The notes beneath the pieces were generated by a model, which did not search any database, was not told the origin of the DNA, and saw only the letters and a list, made by a program, of their open reading frames with translations. DNA of 63,643 nt, counting the filler, from Bigelowiella natans CCMP2755 (taxonomy: Eukaryota > Protista > Cercozoa): NCBI GenBank assembly GCA_000320545.1. It is 7 parts of 7 records of this genome, joined end to end, with 100 filler letters (N's around TTAATTAATTAA, not from the genome) between each part and the next. Parts side by side here need not be neighbours in the genome. Positions count along the whole stretch, not along the records: positions 41,619 to 61,225 come from ADNK01002056.1; positions 61,326 to 62,424 come from ADNK01000468.1; 5 more parts are not named here. One strand, given 5' to 3'. This document shows, one piece after another, positions 47,632-61,631 of the stretch; the stretch's first letter is position 1, and every line of letters begins with the position of its first letter. Made by a program: the position numbers and the translations under genes.

Positions 47632-49528
47632 TTTTCTCTTTCCTTTGTGGAACGTCGTTCGTGTCAGGACCTGTTCACGGCCCTTTCTGCACCAGTAGGA
47701 GACCTTTTCGACAAGATCAAAGTTGGCTTATATCGGCTTTACTGTACGTTTCTTTTCTTATAAACTGCTACCAATTGCTCTCGGTTCATTCCCCGCCACT
47801 GCTTTCTAATATCAACTTTCGCACCGCGTCCAAATTGAGTGCCCATAATATCGTCCTCCCTCCATCATCACTCCCTCCTCCTACCAGCCAATCTTGCTTC
47901 TGTGGAAGTACTAAATGAGACTCCAGAGATGTCAACCTATCAGTTTCTCAAAGAGGTGTGTAGACCTAATATACAGCCTGCATGCTGCTGAATCAGTCTC
48001 GCATGTGATGATAAATTAGATGGCGGTGTATTTAAGAGCTCATACTGCTGTTGGCATTTAGTCTTCTCCCCCCTTCCCCTTCCACCATCATATCTGCACA
48101 GGAGCAAGGACTTAGTGACGACATCATCGACAAGTTTTTCCGTCCTTTCCTCAGAGGTAATGGTGCTTAGTTTGCTACAAGAGAGGGAGGGGGGGGGGGA
48201 GGAAAAGAGAAGAAGGAATGTTAGGGGCAGTCACAGCACCACCCACGCCATTATGAAGCAGAGTAGACAATGGCTACTAGATAGAAGAAGAAGAAGAAGA
48301 AGAAGAAGAAGAAGAAGAGGAAGGACAAAACGATCGATCATTCACATATCTGAATTCTCCGCAACCCTTTCCTATCTCCTCCCCCCCCTTTGTTCCTGCA
48401 GGAATCTACCTATCTGAGCTGGAAGGTAGGCCGCTATCACACCTACCATTGCAAACTAGTTACCTTCTTGATTTCCGTGTGATTCGTCTACTTACGACCC
48501 CCACCAGACCAATCGTCGCACATGTTCAATTTCGTGTTCAAGATGCTGGCAGACGGATCTGCGACTCTGCCCGAGAACGGTAGCAGTAGTAGTATTCAGA
48601 ATGATGATAACGATGATGATAAGGATAATATTAATGATGATACTGATGATAATTATAAATGAAAACACAAGGTATCGGTGCTGTAACTGATTCGCTTGCC
48701 GAGACGCTCAAGGAGGACATTCGCCTGAATTCTCCCGTGAAAAAGGTAGTAGGAACCCAAGTGAGTGAGTGAGTGAGCAGTAGCGAGAGGAAGGAGGAGG
48801 AGGAGGAGGAGGAGGAGGAGGAGGAGGGATTAAAGTCATGTAAAATTGACTGATAATAACAACATCAAAAGAGAGTTGTGTTTATGACTTTCGCCAACGT
48901 TCTCTCTTCTGTTTTGCCCAATATCGTAACCAAATATCTGCTCTCCGATCCTCCTCTTCTCCAGGTAGAGCAAGGTAAGGTAACCCTCATGAGCGGGGAG
49001 GAGATCGATGCACAGTATGTAATCGTGGCCACAGACGGTAGTACAGACACCCATATCTGATGATTTACACGTCAATCTAGAAGACAATGCAGCATCCCCT
49101 CACCCCCCTTCCAATCCCTGTTTCCTTCTGAGTGAAAAGTCGTTTAAGCCTGAATCTCCTCCTCCTCCTCTTCCTCCTCCTCCCCCTCCACTTGTTTACT
49201 GTAGGGGTAACGGCCTCTAAGCTGACAGAAGGCATGGGTTTTGGGGTATCTTAATCCGAAATCGTTCAATGCATCACAGTCATCACTACATCGTCATTTC
49301 CTCATCAGCAGCATTATCTCAAGATCACTATCATCAATCATCACAATAATCTAATCTTAGGTTTCTGCTCCTGAAGATCGAAGCTCTCTCTGCTATTACT
49401 ACGCAATCGATGGGTATCATCATTGAAAATTCTTTCCTCCATTTTTACTTCCTTCCCTCCTGCTCTTCTGCCTTGTTGATATGATAATGATTTCTTACTC
49501 CTTTCACTCCCTCCCTACCCTCTCCCCC

Positions 49529-49573
<45 letters not shown>

Positions 49574-50563
49574 GATTAGACCTGCCCCGATCACGGATCC
49601 TGTCTTGATGCTTAATGGAGAACCGAAGACCAGCGAGCGTCCCGTCAACAATGTTGCATTTATGAGGTAGTAATATGATGATGATGATGATGATGACCAT
49701 GACGATGACGATGATGATGGTGATGCTGATGCTGATGGCGATGGTGGTAGGAATAGTAAGTAATAGCAACTTTGAGTAACTTGTCTGATCCTCCACTTCT
49801 TTCTTCCTGTGTATTTCGCCTATGATCTCGCATCATCATCATCGTCATCATTATCATCATCGTCTACAACAACAACAACAACTAATACTACTACTACTAC
49901 CACTACTACTAGCACTGTGCAACCTGGTGTTGCTCCTCGTGGCAAGTCGCTTGCCTCCGTAACGGTCGTCAGCCCTGAGAAGAGCGACATGGAACTTGAA
50001 CCTGCAGTCAAGAACCAACTCTCTGAATGGTGATAATACAGTTTATGATAATTAAGGTGCTGATGAATGCTACTCCTAATGATCATAAAAGGATATGAAT
50101 TTTGCAGTACATCGTGTACATATTACTTCTCTATGATGACACACACTTAAGGTTCGGTAAGGCTGAGGTAGATAAGTGGAGCTTGCTCAAGACATATCAG
50201 GTACGTGTATGTTCGGTGTGTGAGTTTTGCGTGTGTTTGTTGATAAGCTGCAGCAGCAGCAACGGGTGGCAGTAGAATACGGTGACGAGACAAGAGTATT
50301 TACACAAAGTCTTTCTTTTTAGTTTCATGTCTGCATTTTTTCTTACTGAAAGGGGTTTTCGATGTTCTCACAAGTATTGAAAAATCCACGTTATCTTCCT
50401 GTTCTTATATATTGGCCAACTTCACTTCGTAACCTTTATTTTCCCCCTCCTTGTCCATTTTCTTTCGTAGATCTCAGGGGCTCAGCCAGGGCAGCGGCCT
50501 CCCAACAATTTTGAGAAGGATGCGAAGGTAAACCATGATTGATCGCTGCGACTTGTAACGGAA

Positions 50564-50602
<39 letters not shown>

Positions 50603-50756
50603 TACATATTAATATATATGTATTTTATGTATGGAGAGGGGGTGAGAGAGGGAATTGCATCTTCTACAGCAGCAACAGCACAAGTCGTCCTCATGATACG
50701 ATGAGCATCTTCAATACCGCATTGAAGCCATGAGTATGTGCATTTCAAAAGCGATG

Positions 50757-50794
<38 letters not shown>

Positions 50795-51150
50795 TTGTGT
50801 GAGCAGATATGCGAAGGCATCTATTGCTGTGGGGACCACATGGACACTCCAACCTTGAATGGAGCCATCCGGTACAAATCAATAAATATGACGAGAACTC
50901 GATTGAAGTAGTTCCGTGAAGTCAAGATGTAGCATTAAAAAAAGTGGTGGTTGTTTTGAGGAAGAAGCTCACCCTCCCTCTCTCTCTCTCTCCTGAACAA
51001 AAACTTATCGAAATTCTCGTCGTCATTAGGTCCGGTGTGAAGGCTGCTGATGCCGTAGCCAAAGAACGTGGAGTGATGCGCAAGGCTATTCTTGACCGAG
51101 CTCTTCAAGGCGGTGTACCCTCTCAACTACCTGAGGATCCGAAGTTCTAG
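45844..51150 (+). CDS. Plastid-targeted FAD-dependent oxidoreductase (flavin amine oxidase family), many short exons
   Basis: Signal peptide MVATSLMASRKPTCTVASLAAASMLGACLLI, then an R/G-rich transit exon. TVVIGAGVSGLACAKIL, VLEASDGYGGRVRTD, GFKLDRGFQVFLDAYP, and C-terminal CGDHMDTPTLNGAIRSGVKAADAV. Confidence 0.88.
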
Positions 51151-52389
51151 ATCTTATTTTTAGTGGTCTGTATCGTATTTTGTTTCCACATCAAAAGGTA
51201 ACATTATTAAGATGCAAATCCATCAGCCTAAATACGCTGTGCTGCATGCATACATGCGCTTGCAGGCCATGTACGACAAACACAGACTACACAAAACGCA
51301 TATAGCTACAACAGCATCCAGCCATGTATACATGTAGAAGCCCGCTGCAAAGCTAGCTGTACATCGTTCGCACATGACAATAGAAATAAACAGAGATAAC
51401 ATAAGCGCTAACCATAGCCGCTGCTTTGCATAGCTACATTAGGATGACAATTAAAAGAATTTTATCGCTATATTATATCCGTCTCGTAATTAATACGATC
51501 TAGCGATGTATTGTGGCTATTGTTATTGCATTAGTCACCAGTTCATGTGAATAACACATTCCATTCAACATGCGTGCGGTAGAGCTGCCTGGCTAAATGA
51601 ATGACAGAAAATGTACAGTTCCGCGCACATGTATACGACATACGTGCTGCTCTTTTGCATCGACGTACGCACAACGTGCGCATATCTAATACTAGACATT
51701 ACATAGGTATATATTGGTGATGACACCCATCATCATTGCGCGAGCGCAATATTGTACATTATATTGGAGCAAGATGTATGCATGCGCATGGTCGTCATGT
51801 GTCATGTATGACGCGATACATTTAAGCATTTTCCCCGTATTGCAGCGCTGAAAAAAATCCGCAGTTGACACATGTGAGATATTGATATGTATGCGTGTTT
51901 TATTGATTTCTGATGTCTCAACTGCAACATTACGTACAACGTGTCCATTGTCGTGAAGAAGTAGAGAAAGATTTTCTTGTAGTTTGGTGTGTGAGGAGTG
52001 CATGAAATGAACATGCAATAGCGATGAACAGATCCCGCTTAAGTGTTAAGTATCATATCATTTGGCACTTGAGCCGATGATTTACTCACTGACAGACGAT
52101 ATTACTACTGATGATGATGATGAAGCAGTAAGTGCTAACACAAAGAGCAATCAAAGAATCATCGAGGGTTTCTTTAGAGGCCAATATCAATACCTAAACG
52201 GGAAAATAAAGTAGAAGAAGAGGATTAAATGACGTGCTATTGGATCTTCTAAGAAGAAGAGAGAGGGAGGGAGGGTGGAAGGGACAAAGATTAAAGATCA
52301 CGTGATCAAGATCGCAAGGGCAACCTATTTCTGATGTCAAAAAAACAAACATCTAGAAACAACAAGAGGTTTAATGGTCTTTCCCCCCT

Positions 52390-54475
52390 CTAACCTGATC
52401 CGATTTTGAGACCGAAGAAGGTGAGAATACCCTTGCCAGTAAGGCCCTCGATGATAAGGACGAGAAAGAAGCCAATCATGGCAGCTCTCGAGTTCAACAG
52501 CTCAGCCGTGGGGTTGAAGCCTGGAAGAAGAAGAAGAAGAAGAAGAAGAAGAAGAAGAAAGGGAAAGATGACCAAAGACAACAGGATGTTTATGAGGCAG
52601 GGAACATGATGATAAACTAAGACAACGGAGAGGGTTAACATTCACAAGTGCTACCTACCGCCGCTTGCTAGATATATTGGAATCAAATATTATTGATTGT
52701 TACAAGTACTACTACTTTGCTGATACTTTATTTTGTAACATCTCTTGCTGCCTGCCTCACTTTGTACGTACGTAGTAATACCAATTCGTGTTACACTTTG
52801 TACGTATTACCAATTCGTGTTTCAGAGTCTTTAGGCGCTTTGGCAGCTGGAATAACACCAGAAGGAAGCACGCCAGGTCCTAGCTCATCGTCGTAGAGAT
52901 CGTTAAGAGAGTTCGCAAAGTCCCTGGAGTATACAGGAAGAGGAAGGAGGAGGAAGATCAAGATATGAAAAACGTAACAGAGGATTAAAATAAAGAATAA
53001 AACATCCATCGGTGTTGATAATAATAGCTATAGAGCAGCAGAGCTATGTTGTTGCTGTTATTGTTGCTGCTGCTGTTTAAATGGCTAGATACCACACTCA
53101 AGGGTGTGGTTAATCCTCTCAGCTCAGTGCTGCTGCTGCTGCTGCTGCTGCTGGAAAGTAATATCATCCATGGTGGTAGTAAAAACCTAATCTCTCTCCT
53201 AGCATCACGCAGTTTCTTCAGCTTTTCTTGTTGCTCCATGCGTTTACGCTCAATCTCCGCTTTTGCGCGGATCTCCTCTTGCTTGTTCAATTCTGCCTTA
53301 TCTGGGGCCTGCAAACGGTACAATACTCAAAAGGGTTCTCCCCATCATAGAGTACACTCACAAGTGGTTAAATGAAATAATAACACACTATTTATCATAA
53401 CTTACTGCTGCTCACCCACCATAATCATAACTAATCTCGACCCTCCTCCTCTCCTCTGGCTCATCCACCTTAATATTGCTACATCCGACTACTACTACTA
53501 CTTCTTCTTCTTCATCCCTGGAACCCGAACAACAGAGGATTCTCTCTCAAAAACTTTACGGATAATCCGCGAAGAGTGTTTTGCGTACTACATACCTTCC
53601 ATGCACCAGCGGGCTCTGCAGCATTCGTCGATGCCACCTCTGATGGTGTCTAGAAACAGCGGTGATAGATGGATGGCGTCAGCACAATACTTGGTTGAGA
53701 AATTAGTTACATGGACTTCTTCGATTACTCTACCAAAGTCTACCACAGTTCTCTCTACTGTGATACCGTATTCTCGAATGTGTTCTTAAAGTTTATGGAG
53801 TGACCCTCACCCGTAACACCCACCACACAAATAGACATAATGAATATTCACTAAAACAGGAGAGGCACAACGCCCATCAATCCATCCTTCAGCTTATTTG
53901 TTAACTAGGGGATTATGTGTTCTCATATGTGTTCTCATTAGATTATTTCAAAATTACCGCGGGACGTTGAGGAGCCTTGAGGGAGGGTGGTGATTTCAGT
54001 TCGGGTGATTCAGCGAAGCTCTGAATTAGAGTAATTGATCAGTACGAAGGATTCTGCTCTCTCTCTTTCTCTCCCTCCCTCTCATTTTCTCTCTCCTTCC
54101 TCATCGCTCTTCGTGTGTGTTTGCATGTGTTTGCGTGCATGTGTAAAAGGAGGTCTCGATTCATCGAGAGTAAATGCACATCCCTAAAATGATGTTCACA
54201 ACTAACCTTATAACTGCGGCTGCGGGGGGCAACAAAAGATGTGAAGGAGGTGGCACGAGTTGTAACCAAAGCGGATCCTAGAGAGCTGTATCATATTAAA
54301 AAACAATCCAAAGATTAAGGATTGGTGTTGCTGCGTCATGTTTTGTCATAACGTGCTTGACATTTAACACCACAGCTCCTCACCTCTGTGAGATCGCACT
54401 AAGCATTCCCCAGATCATTATGACACATGAAGCACCAAGAGCTAGAGCAGCTAGGCGACGGCGTTTTTGAAGCAT
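52390..54475 (-). CDS. OHP1: One-helix LHC-like protein (OHP1/HLIP type) with bipartite plastid leader
   Basis: VLPSGVIPAAKAPKDSETRIG|FNPTAELLNSRAAMIGFFLVLIIEGLTGKGILTFFGLKIGSG matches the OHP1 helix (AE..NSRA.MIG...E....KGIL...G..IG.G). N-terminal MLQKRRRLAALALGASCVIMIWGML signal peptide. Confidence 0.8.
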
Positions 54476-55006
54476 TGACGCACGAGCGGGGCGGAAGGCC
54501 TATGCAAGGAATGGACCGTATCATTTGCTTGGGAATGTACTTTTATTCTCACCCTTGAAACATGGGGAAAAGAGTTCAAACCTGATAGTCTACGTATCCT
54601 GTTGTTTCCATCTGGTGTGTTGGTCGCGGGCAGCAGGGCTCTGTGTTGGAGGGCAGGTAATTCGTTGCGCAAGAGACCTTTCTAAAACCCCACGTCGACG
54701 TGATGAATGGTGAGCGTAGCCAGTGCCAAAAGAGACGAATGAAGCCGGAGACTCCCGAGAGATACCTCCACTTCGTTCTTTTCGGCTCATTATAATGTGC
54801 TTTGTTTCTTCTATACGACAACCCTTGCTATCCGATTTTCTGACAAGAGGGAAATAATTTGGCGCGTCGCAATGCCATGGTTTCGAAAAACCCAAACCCG
54901 CGTTCCGGTAAAGCGAAGCAGTTTTGCTCTCATTTTGGGTAAAAGAGATGTCTCATATTAAGATTCACCTGCATTTTTTCTGTTCTCTCATCGCCCATCT
55001 TCCACG

Positions 55007-55564
55007 ATGAGCAATGGCGGCTCATGGAACCCCGAAGCGCTACCACCGCCTTGCAAACCAATTTATTATCGAATAGTAGGTAAGCTGTCACCCAGAATTC
55101 CGTCCCAAAATTGAGAGAAGAGAGAAAAGTAGGAAGAGGGACAGACCGAGAGATTAGCCAAGGTGAAATTTAATCTGATAATCTATCAAACAGGCCAGCA
55201 GAGGGAATTTACGCACGATATTGAAGTGAAGAAGGCCAATTTCGGAAGAGAACGAGCAACACCTAGGGTGGAGGAAGAAGAGGACGTACCGTGTTATCCT
55301 CTCGGAAAAGAAAAAAAGCTATCAAGGAAACATATCCAAATTGAGTTTAGCGACCAGCACAATAGCTGGCGAATAACGTGTCTAGGTAAGAATGGCATAA
55401 CGCTGACCCTTCTCCACGATAAAAAAGGTAAGGACGGAAATTATAAGATTAAGCTCCTTAGTACGGGTGAATCTTATAATTTGAAAGGACTAACACCCAT
55501 TAGGACCTCAACAGGGTCTGTTAAATTTTGGTTCCAACCTGCAATACAAAATAAAAAAGATTAA
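55007..55564 (+). CDS. Small FHA-domain protein (2 exons)
   Basis: FGR...LSRKHIQI...CLGKNGI FHA motifs. Intron ~55080-55193 joins MSNGG...RIVG|QQREF in frame. Confidence 0.8.
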
Positions 55565-56360
55565 AATGAGCATAGAATAAGGTGATGATAAAACTTCTAA
55601 ATATAAGATACAGAATCACCTAGGAAACTTTCTGATGTTGCGCACACAGGCATAAGCGTGTGCCAGCTTCAATGTAGATATACAAGGCTAGCATGCGCTG
55701 AATGTGATGCATCCATGTAGTTATGTCAAACCGTAGCGTACGCATATGCTACTTTAGCTACATGCTGACGTGTACACCACTATAGTCAAGAGCAACTTAA
55801 CGGTAGACGATAAGTATAAATATAACGAGCACATATGCTATAAGCATGTGCATAGCACTAGAGCATGCATATGTGTACAAATGAGATTTGGCAATCAATT
55901 GCCTGTCATCATGGAGAGACGACGAAACCAGCGCGACACGCATACCGCTCTGCATTTTCATGCATGAGAGACATCGCAATAGAAATAAATGTGTACAATT
56001 TAAGCGCTGTGGCCGCTGTTTGCACAACTACATTACCAGATTATTAGGACGATGACATAAATTGATAAATTTTAATTTAATCATTACATCCGTCTCATAT
56101 ATACCTTTTTCGTTAAGACTGGACTATCTAGCTATGCATAGGCTTTAATTAGTTTTGCTTGCCTGATGTGACTTACAACAGCTTCTAGCTCGCAATGATA
56201 CGATGCAGCTATCTAGCTATGCATCATCTATAGTCCAAAAAGGTTACTTAGCACGCCGCATGCACAGCTACATAAGGATGACAATTTAAAACATTTAATC
56301 ACTTCATTACATCCGTCTCATAGCTATGCTACTTGTACATCGTATCGGAGCACTTGAACA

Positions 56361-56400
<40 letters not shown>

Positions 56401-56556
56401 ATCTTCAAAGCTACATTACGATGCTAATTGAAAAAAATTAAATATTCATCACATCCGTATCATATATTTAATCTTCAGAAGCATTGGATCGCGAGACGCA
56501 TACCAAAGCATTCTGGTTGTCAAATGAGTGATCGCCGATGACATCATTTGCAATCC

Positions 56557-57537
56557 TTACCGAATTGATCCGTATATGATCAACATCGCGATTTCAGTGC
56601 AAACTATCGTAGTAATAATGTACCTGGTCGACAAATCAAAAGAATTTTAAAACATTACGCGATGCTGACGAATGACACTGTAGTCCTCATCGTCATAGTG
56701 GCCGAAGAACTTTATTACCTGTAAAAAAGCCAGGGAGACTTGCGAGATAGTCCCCGAGCCTCCGAAATGAACGTAGAAACCGTGGACAAAGATCCCGTAA
56801 TGCCTAATTTTTCCGCCGTCTCCCATTGCTGTGCGCAGGGCCCGCTCTCATCTGTCACAACAAGCACGGCCTATTTATTGACAAAATCATAAGTAAAATT
56901 AATAAACGTGTCAAGGCCAACTTCTATGGTCTATGAAAAGTTTCAGCTCTGTGTGTAGCGATGTCACAACCAAGAGGATGCAGCCGAGCATGTTGGCTAG
57001 AAACCTGATGCAAGTTGGGTGAATAATGGCGATGATGAAAATGATAGCAACGATGAAGAAAATAACATAAACGGGACATTCATTTGAATATATTTGGTGG
57101 ACAAACATACGTGTAGAATGGAAAATTCCACGTAGAGACATCACAGAGGGACGCGGGAGTCAAAGCCGAGGAGTGCTGTGGTGGAGAGCTTGAAGAAGAG
57201 ATGGTTGTACTGCAACACAGAGTACTTGGTGTTGGCTTCTTGTTGAATCTCCCGAGAAACCACCTTAAACATGCTCCCGCCTAATGAGGAAGGATGACAA
57301 CTTAGAAGAAAACGAGAAGCATATCTTCAGGCCAAATTTTTAGAAAATTCGAAAAGATGTAATGCTACAACTAATATAGCGGTTGCAGAGTTATCGATGC
57401 TGTGTTGCGCACCCCCCCCCCCTCCACACTCACTGGTGCAAGAGCCATGCCAAGGAAGATCTCGTTACAATGATCGTTTGTTTCTGCATCCACCAAGAAA
57501 GCCAGCAGCCACCATAAAAACTGCATATATATATATA

Positions 57538-57574
<37 letters not shown>

Positions 57575-58299
57575 TTATTTATATATCGTGTCAATGTGTG
57601 CTTGTGGTGAGGTAAAATCAGAGTTGAATGATCTGTGTAAGTATATTAGAAAGACCGTAAGAGTGGCCCAGATGATGATCCAGTGTATTTCGATAGATCT
57701 ATTGCTGGTGAAGGAGTAATACTGGGAGGACGAGGGGGGAGCTATAGGAGTACCAGCAGATTTATTATCCTCGCTGTCACAATCTTTCTTTGCAGCAGCA
57801 GCAGTTTTAACATTATTGCCAGTATAGGTGGCAGCAGTTGTAGTTATTGTGCTTGTTGTCAGCGTGTTTGGGCAAGTTATTTTGCCTCCGAAAGTATCCT
57901 TTTTATCCTCAGTTAAAGAAACGTCGCAGCCCTCTTCCACCCTCTTGAGTGCTGCTACTGCTGGTGCTGACTGCTGACAACAGTGGATATGTTGAACTTC
58001 GACGTTCCTTCTTTTTTGATGATAGATGCCAATGGTATTATCATCACTATTACGTGCACCATTTACCCCTTGTCGCCCACATTGCTGCTCTTTTGGTGTT
58101 GGAGTTAGTATTAGATCCGGGATATGTGTCCCAAGCTCGTAGCTTCCACACCAGACCTGTTCGTGCGTATTTGCTTCAAGAAAAATAATGATGTTCTGAT
58201 GTTCTCGATTTTACTCTTCGATCTTTTACGCAACAATAAAAGAAATATCTTTTTAAGTGGAAGAAGCTAAAAAAGTGGCGAGATTCTATTCTTTTCGGT

Positions 58300-58336
<37 letters not shown>

Positions 58337-59431
58337 GTGACGCCAACTATGAGGCTAAAAACGGCCGAGGAAGCGTATCCATTGAAAAAACCTGAATGTG
58401 GAGATAGCGTAATTCGTTCCGAAAAATCAAATCAAGTTGGAAGATAGCGGATGGGGGAAGCTGTCCTGATTGGTAACCTTTTGCAGCATGAAAACTCCAA
58501 GAAGAGAAGGTGGTGCATGACCCGCAGAAGCCAGTCCCAAATCCAGTCTTGTTTACAGCCCATATGGGACCCTTAGAAAACCACCTCCACCGTTCGCTAA
58601 TTTTATTCTTATAGCGACGAGGATGACGACGATGGTGGAGAACAATCATCACATATATGACAAGAGACACAGAGGAGTCACACTCGCTATTCTAAGAAGT
58701 CAAAGAAGTCACAAGCAATGGCATCTTCAGCATGGAGGAGGAACTGAGATTGCACTACTAGCAGATGTTCCTCCTTATTATTAGCCGGAAAGTAGAGAAG
58801 CGGTTGCCCTATTTTCTTACCAGGGCGCCCAGAAGGACACAACCGACAATGTTCGCGAAGTAAAACCCCTCCCCAAAACCTGAGGAGAGTAGAAAGAGAG
58901 GGGAAGGGGGAAAGAGAAATGTTTTACTGTTAGCAGAGTGAAGGAACTGAGGATAAGTAATGAGCAAAAAAGGTCTAACCGAAAATTCGATCACGAAGAC
59001 GACGACAACTAAGGCAATGATAGTACTAGCAACAATTACCTATATGTCGCAGCCCTTCTCTATCTGGAGCACTTCGTAGAATAACTTTTTCTGAGATGAT
59101 GGGGTTAGTTGTTTAAATGGTGCGTTCGGATAACTACTCTGCTCGAATTTGGTGGTCGCGCCTCTCCTTGGCTAACGAACCAGATTATTCAAACAGCACA
59201 TTTCATGAAAATCGAAAGAGTGTGTTTCTCATTTTATATTATGAGATTCGCACGTAACATTGATTCATTACCGAGCTCAGAGAGGCTGAACCTTACAATA
59301 ACTCCTGCATACGACCATGTTGCTACTGCAAATAAAGAGACCCAGAATCCAGGCGAATATTTTCTGCGGCGCCCTATTGAAACGTCTACATAAAGTGTGA
59401 ATAATATCTGGGAATAATATCTGTTAGCCAT
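56557..59431 (-). CDS. FEX: Eukaryotic fluoride exporter (two CrcB/Fluc domains)
   Basis: AGVIVRF, FYFANIVGCVLLG, GFGTGFCGSCTTFSSW (domain 1); FLANMLGC, LGITGSLSTVSTFISE (domain 2); last exon YIITTIVCTEIAMLIIYGSIR*. Confidence 0.85.
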
Positions 59432-59498
59432 TTGGATGCATAAGAAAATGAGGCTCTACTACAAAGCTGTTTTTTGTGTTTTCAGTCGATCCTGCTGA

Positions 59499-60024
59499 AT
59501 GAGTGTCATAAGGCAACCTGTCGCCTTCCTTATGGGAGTGCCAGTAAGAATATTAAAGGGAGCAGTGAATGTTTTGGCATCGCCAATTGTTGCCATCTCA
59601 ACGCTTGCTCTTTCACAGTTCTGCGGCAAGGGATCCGATGAAAATGTACATGATGATGCTTATGTGCGATGCACGCTTGGATTATGCATTACCTGTGTCC
59701 TGCTTGCACTTATCCTCGGTGCACCTTGACGAATACTACTGTTTTGCTTTCCAATTATCATAGAAGCGCCCGAGCGCACTCGCGCTGAGAATAGCAGTAA
59801 TAGGTATTCCAGGAAAGGAGGACGTGCGGAAGGAGGAGGGAAGGAGGAGAAAATCCAACCGGATGAATGGACTTCGATGTTCCTATTCTCGGTATTCCTC
59901 CTACGACAACATTCTGGAGCAAGTCGCAGCACCGTTTTCACCTACGAATATATCCTTTCTGATTGGAGTTCGATCTATTATCAAAGTGAAAACACAGGTG
60001 TTTTTTGTCCTGCGTCAATCCTAA
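59499..60024 (+). CDS. Possible small hypothetical membrane protein
   Basis: ORF 59499..59729 has a hydrophobic segment and plausible downstream exons; no motif. Confidence 0.3.
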
Positions 60025-60179
60025 GGAGCAGACTCTACTAGATCTACTGTACTTTCCTGAGAGTATGATGTAAAAGAAGCCGAACAACAAAATTCCCGAC
60101 CCCCTACCATCGACCCGTCTGATCTAGTTGACGATTGGTGAGGCTAAGGGGAAAGTTGGGATTCATCCTGCTTTGATCG

Positions 60180-61032
60180 ATGATCCGCGCTATCGTCACA
60201 GTCGTCATACTTGTAATGAGCGTCGAGCCAACCCATGTGCACGTTGGTAGGCGGTCGTGGAGAGCGCCTGTAGGAACAAAATCACATTTTCCGATGATAT
60301 CCATGCGCCCTCAGTCATCTTTCCGAAAAGTAAGGAAGAACATAATGATGCAAGTGTCCCTATCGTCCCCGGAGGACGACAAGAATCCAGATCAGAAGTT
60401 CTTCCTCCCAGCCCCGACCATTTTCAAGCCATATGTTGGGGTTGATATTACTTCTTCTACGTCTCCTTGTTCTTCTCCTCCTCCTTCTTTTTGCTCAACC
60501 TAGAGTAGCTGTAAGGGTACCATGGTAAATCATACCGTCTTTACCCATCATCGAATGATAGAATCCTAAAAACTTAAATCGTCGTCCTATGATGTCGCAT
60601 GACAGACTGGCTACCGACGGACGACGAGGAAGGAGCTCGTAGAGGGACTGGTGTGGAGCTTTGAACAAAGCATGGTATGTATGATTTGCTTGTGGGTTTG
60701 TGTTTCCATCCAATTATAGCATCTAATTCTCCACATAGCATAATCTTTTGCAGCAAATGAAGAAATAACCGACTATATATCGTAGGAGCTGGGATCTCTT
60801 GCGGTCAATATTCGATCTATAGCGGTAGGATACTTTTTGCCGCCACTTCACACAACCTCCTCCTCTTCAAGTGTTGGCAATCAATGCCTATATTTATCCA
60901 ACCTCTATGCACTACCTTAATTCTCCTACCCGTTACCCTCTGCCTCGTCCCCCTCCCTCCCTCCCCTTTTTACTCTCAGGTTCGATTATCAAGCGGAAAG
61001 TTGTGGGTGCACGCTCCCCTTTTCCCGACACA
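60180..61032 (+). CDS. Plastid-targeted DUF4336 family protein (truncated by gap)
   Basis: Signal plus transit peptide MIRAIVTVVILVMSVEPTHVHVGRRSWR.... Then KPY|GYRRTTRKELVEGLVWSFEQ, LAVNIRSIA|VRLSSGKLWVHAPLFPT, the DUF4336 N-terminal pattern. Confidence 0.72.
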
Positions 61033-61081
61033 GTACGGTTGTGATGTCTATTATTTTGTCAATTGTATAGATTTCCCTTTT

Positions 61082-61120
<39 letters not shown>

Positions 61121-61412
61121 AATACATACACACAGAGAGAGATCTATTCTAGCAGCCATTTTCTTGCATCGTCTTATAGCGCTGCCAAATCCTTCTCCTT
61201 TATGCGATGCTTGGAACCAGGGAATNNNNNNNNNNNNNNNNNNNNNNNNNNNNNNNNNNNNNNNNNNNNTTAATTAATTAANNNNNNNNNNNNNNNNNNN
61301 NNNNNNNNNNNNNNNNNNNNNNNNNCATCGGCTTTTTACCCTTCGCTTTTAACATAAAATCGAGCGCCCCTTCTCTGCTTCTAAGAGGCTTTTTTTAAAA
61401 CACACACACACG

Positions 61413-61443
<31 letters not shown>

Positions 61444-61586
61444 ACAAACACACACACCTTTCCTTGTTCTTCTCCTCTCCTGCATTGTGTGGAATCGTGC
61501 CCTTTTCCTTCCTCTCTTGGCCTTTTTTGTGCTTTCTTCTTGAGATTTCTCACCGATGTCTTCTTCCCCTGCTATAAATATATATA

Positions 61587-61631
<45 letters not shown>

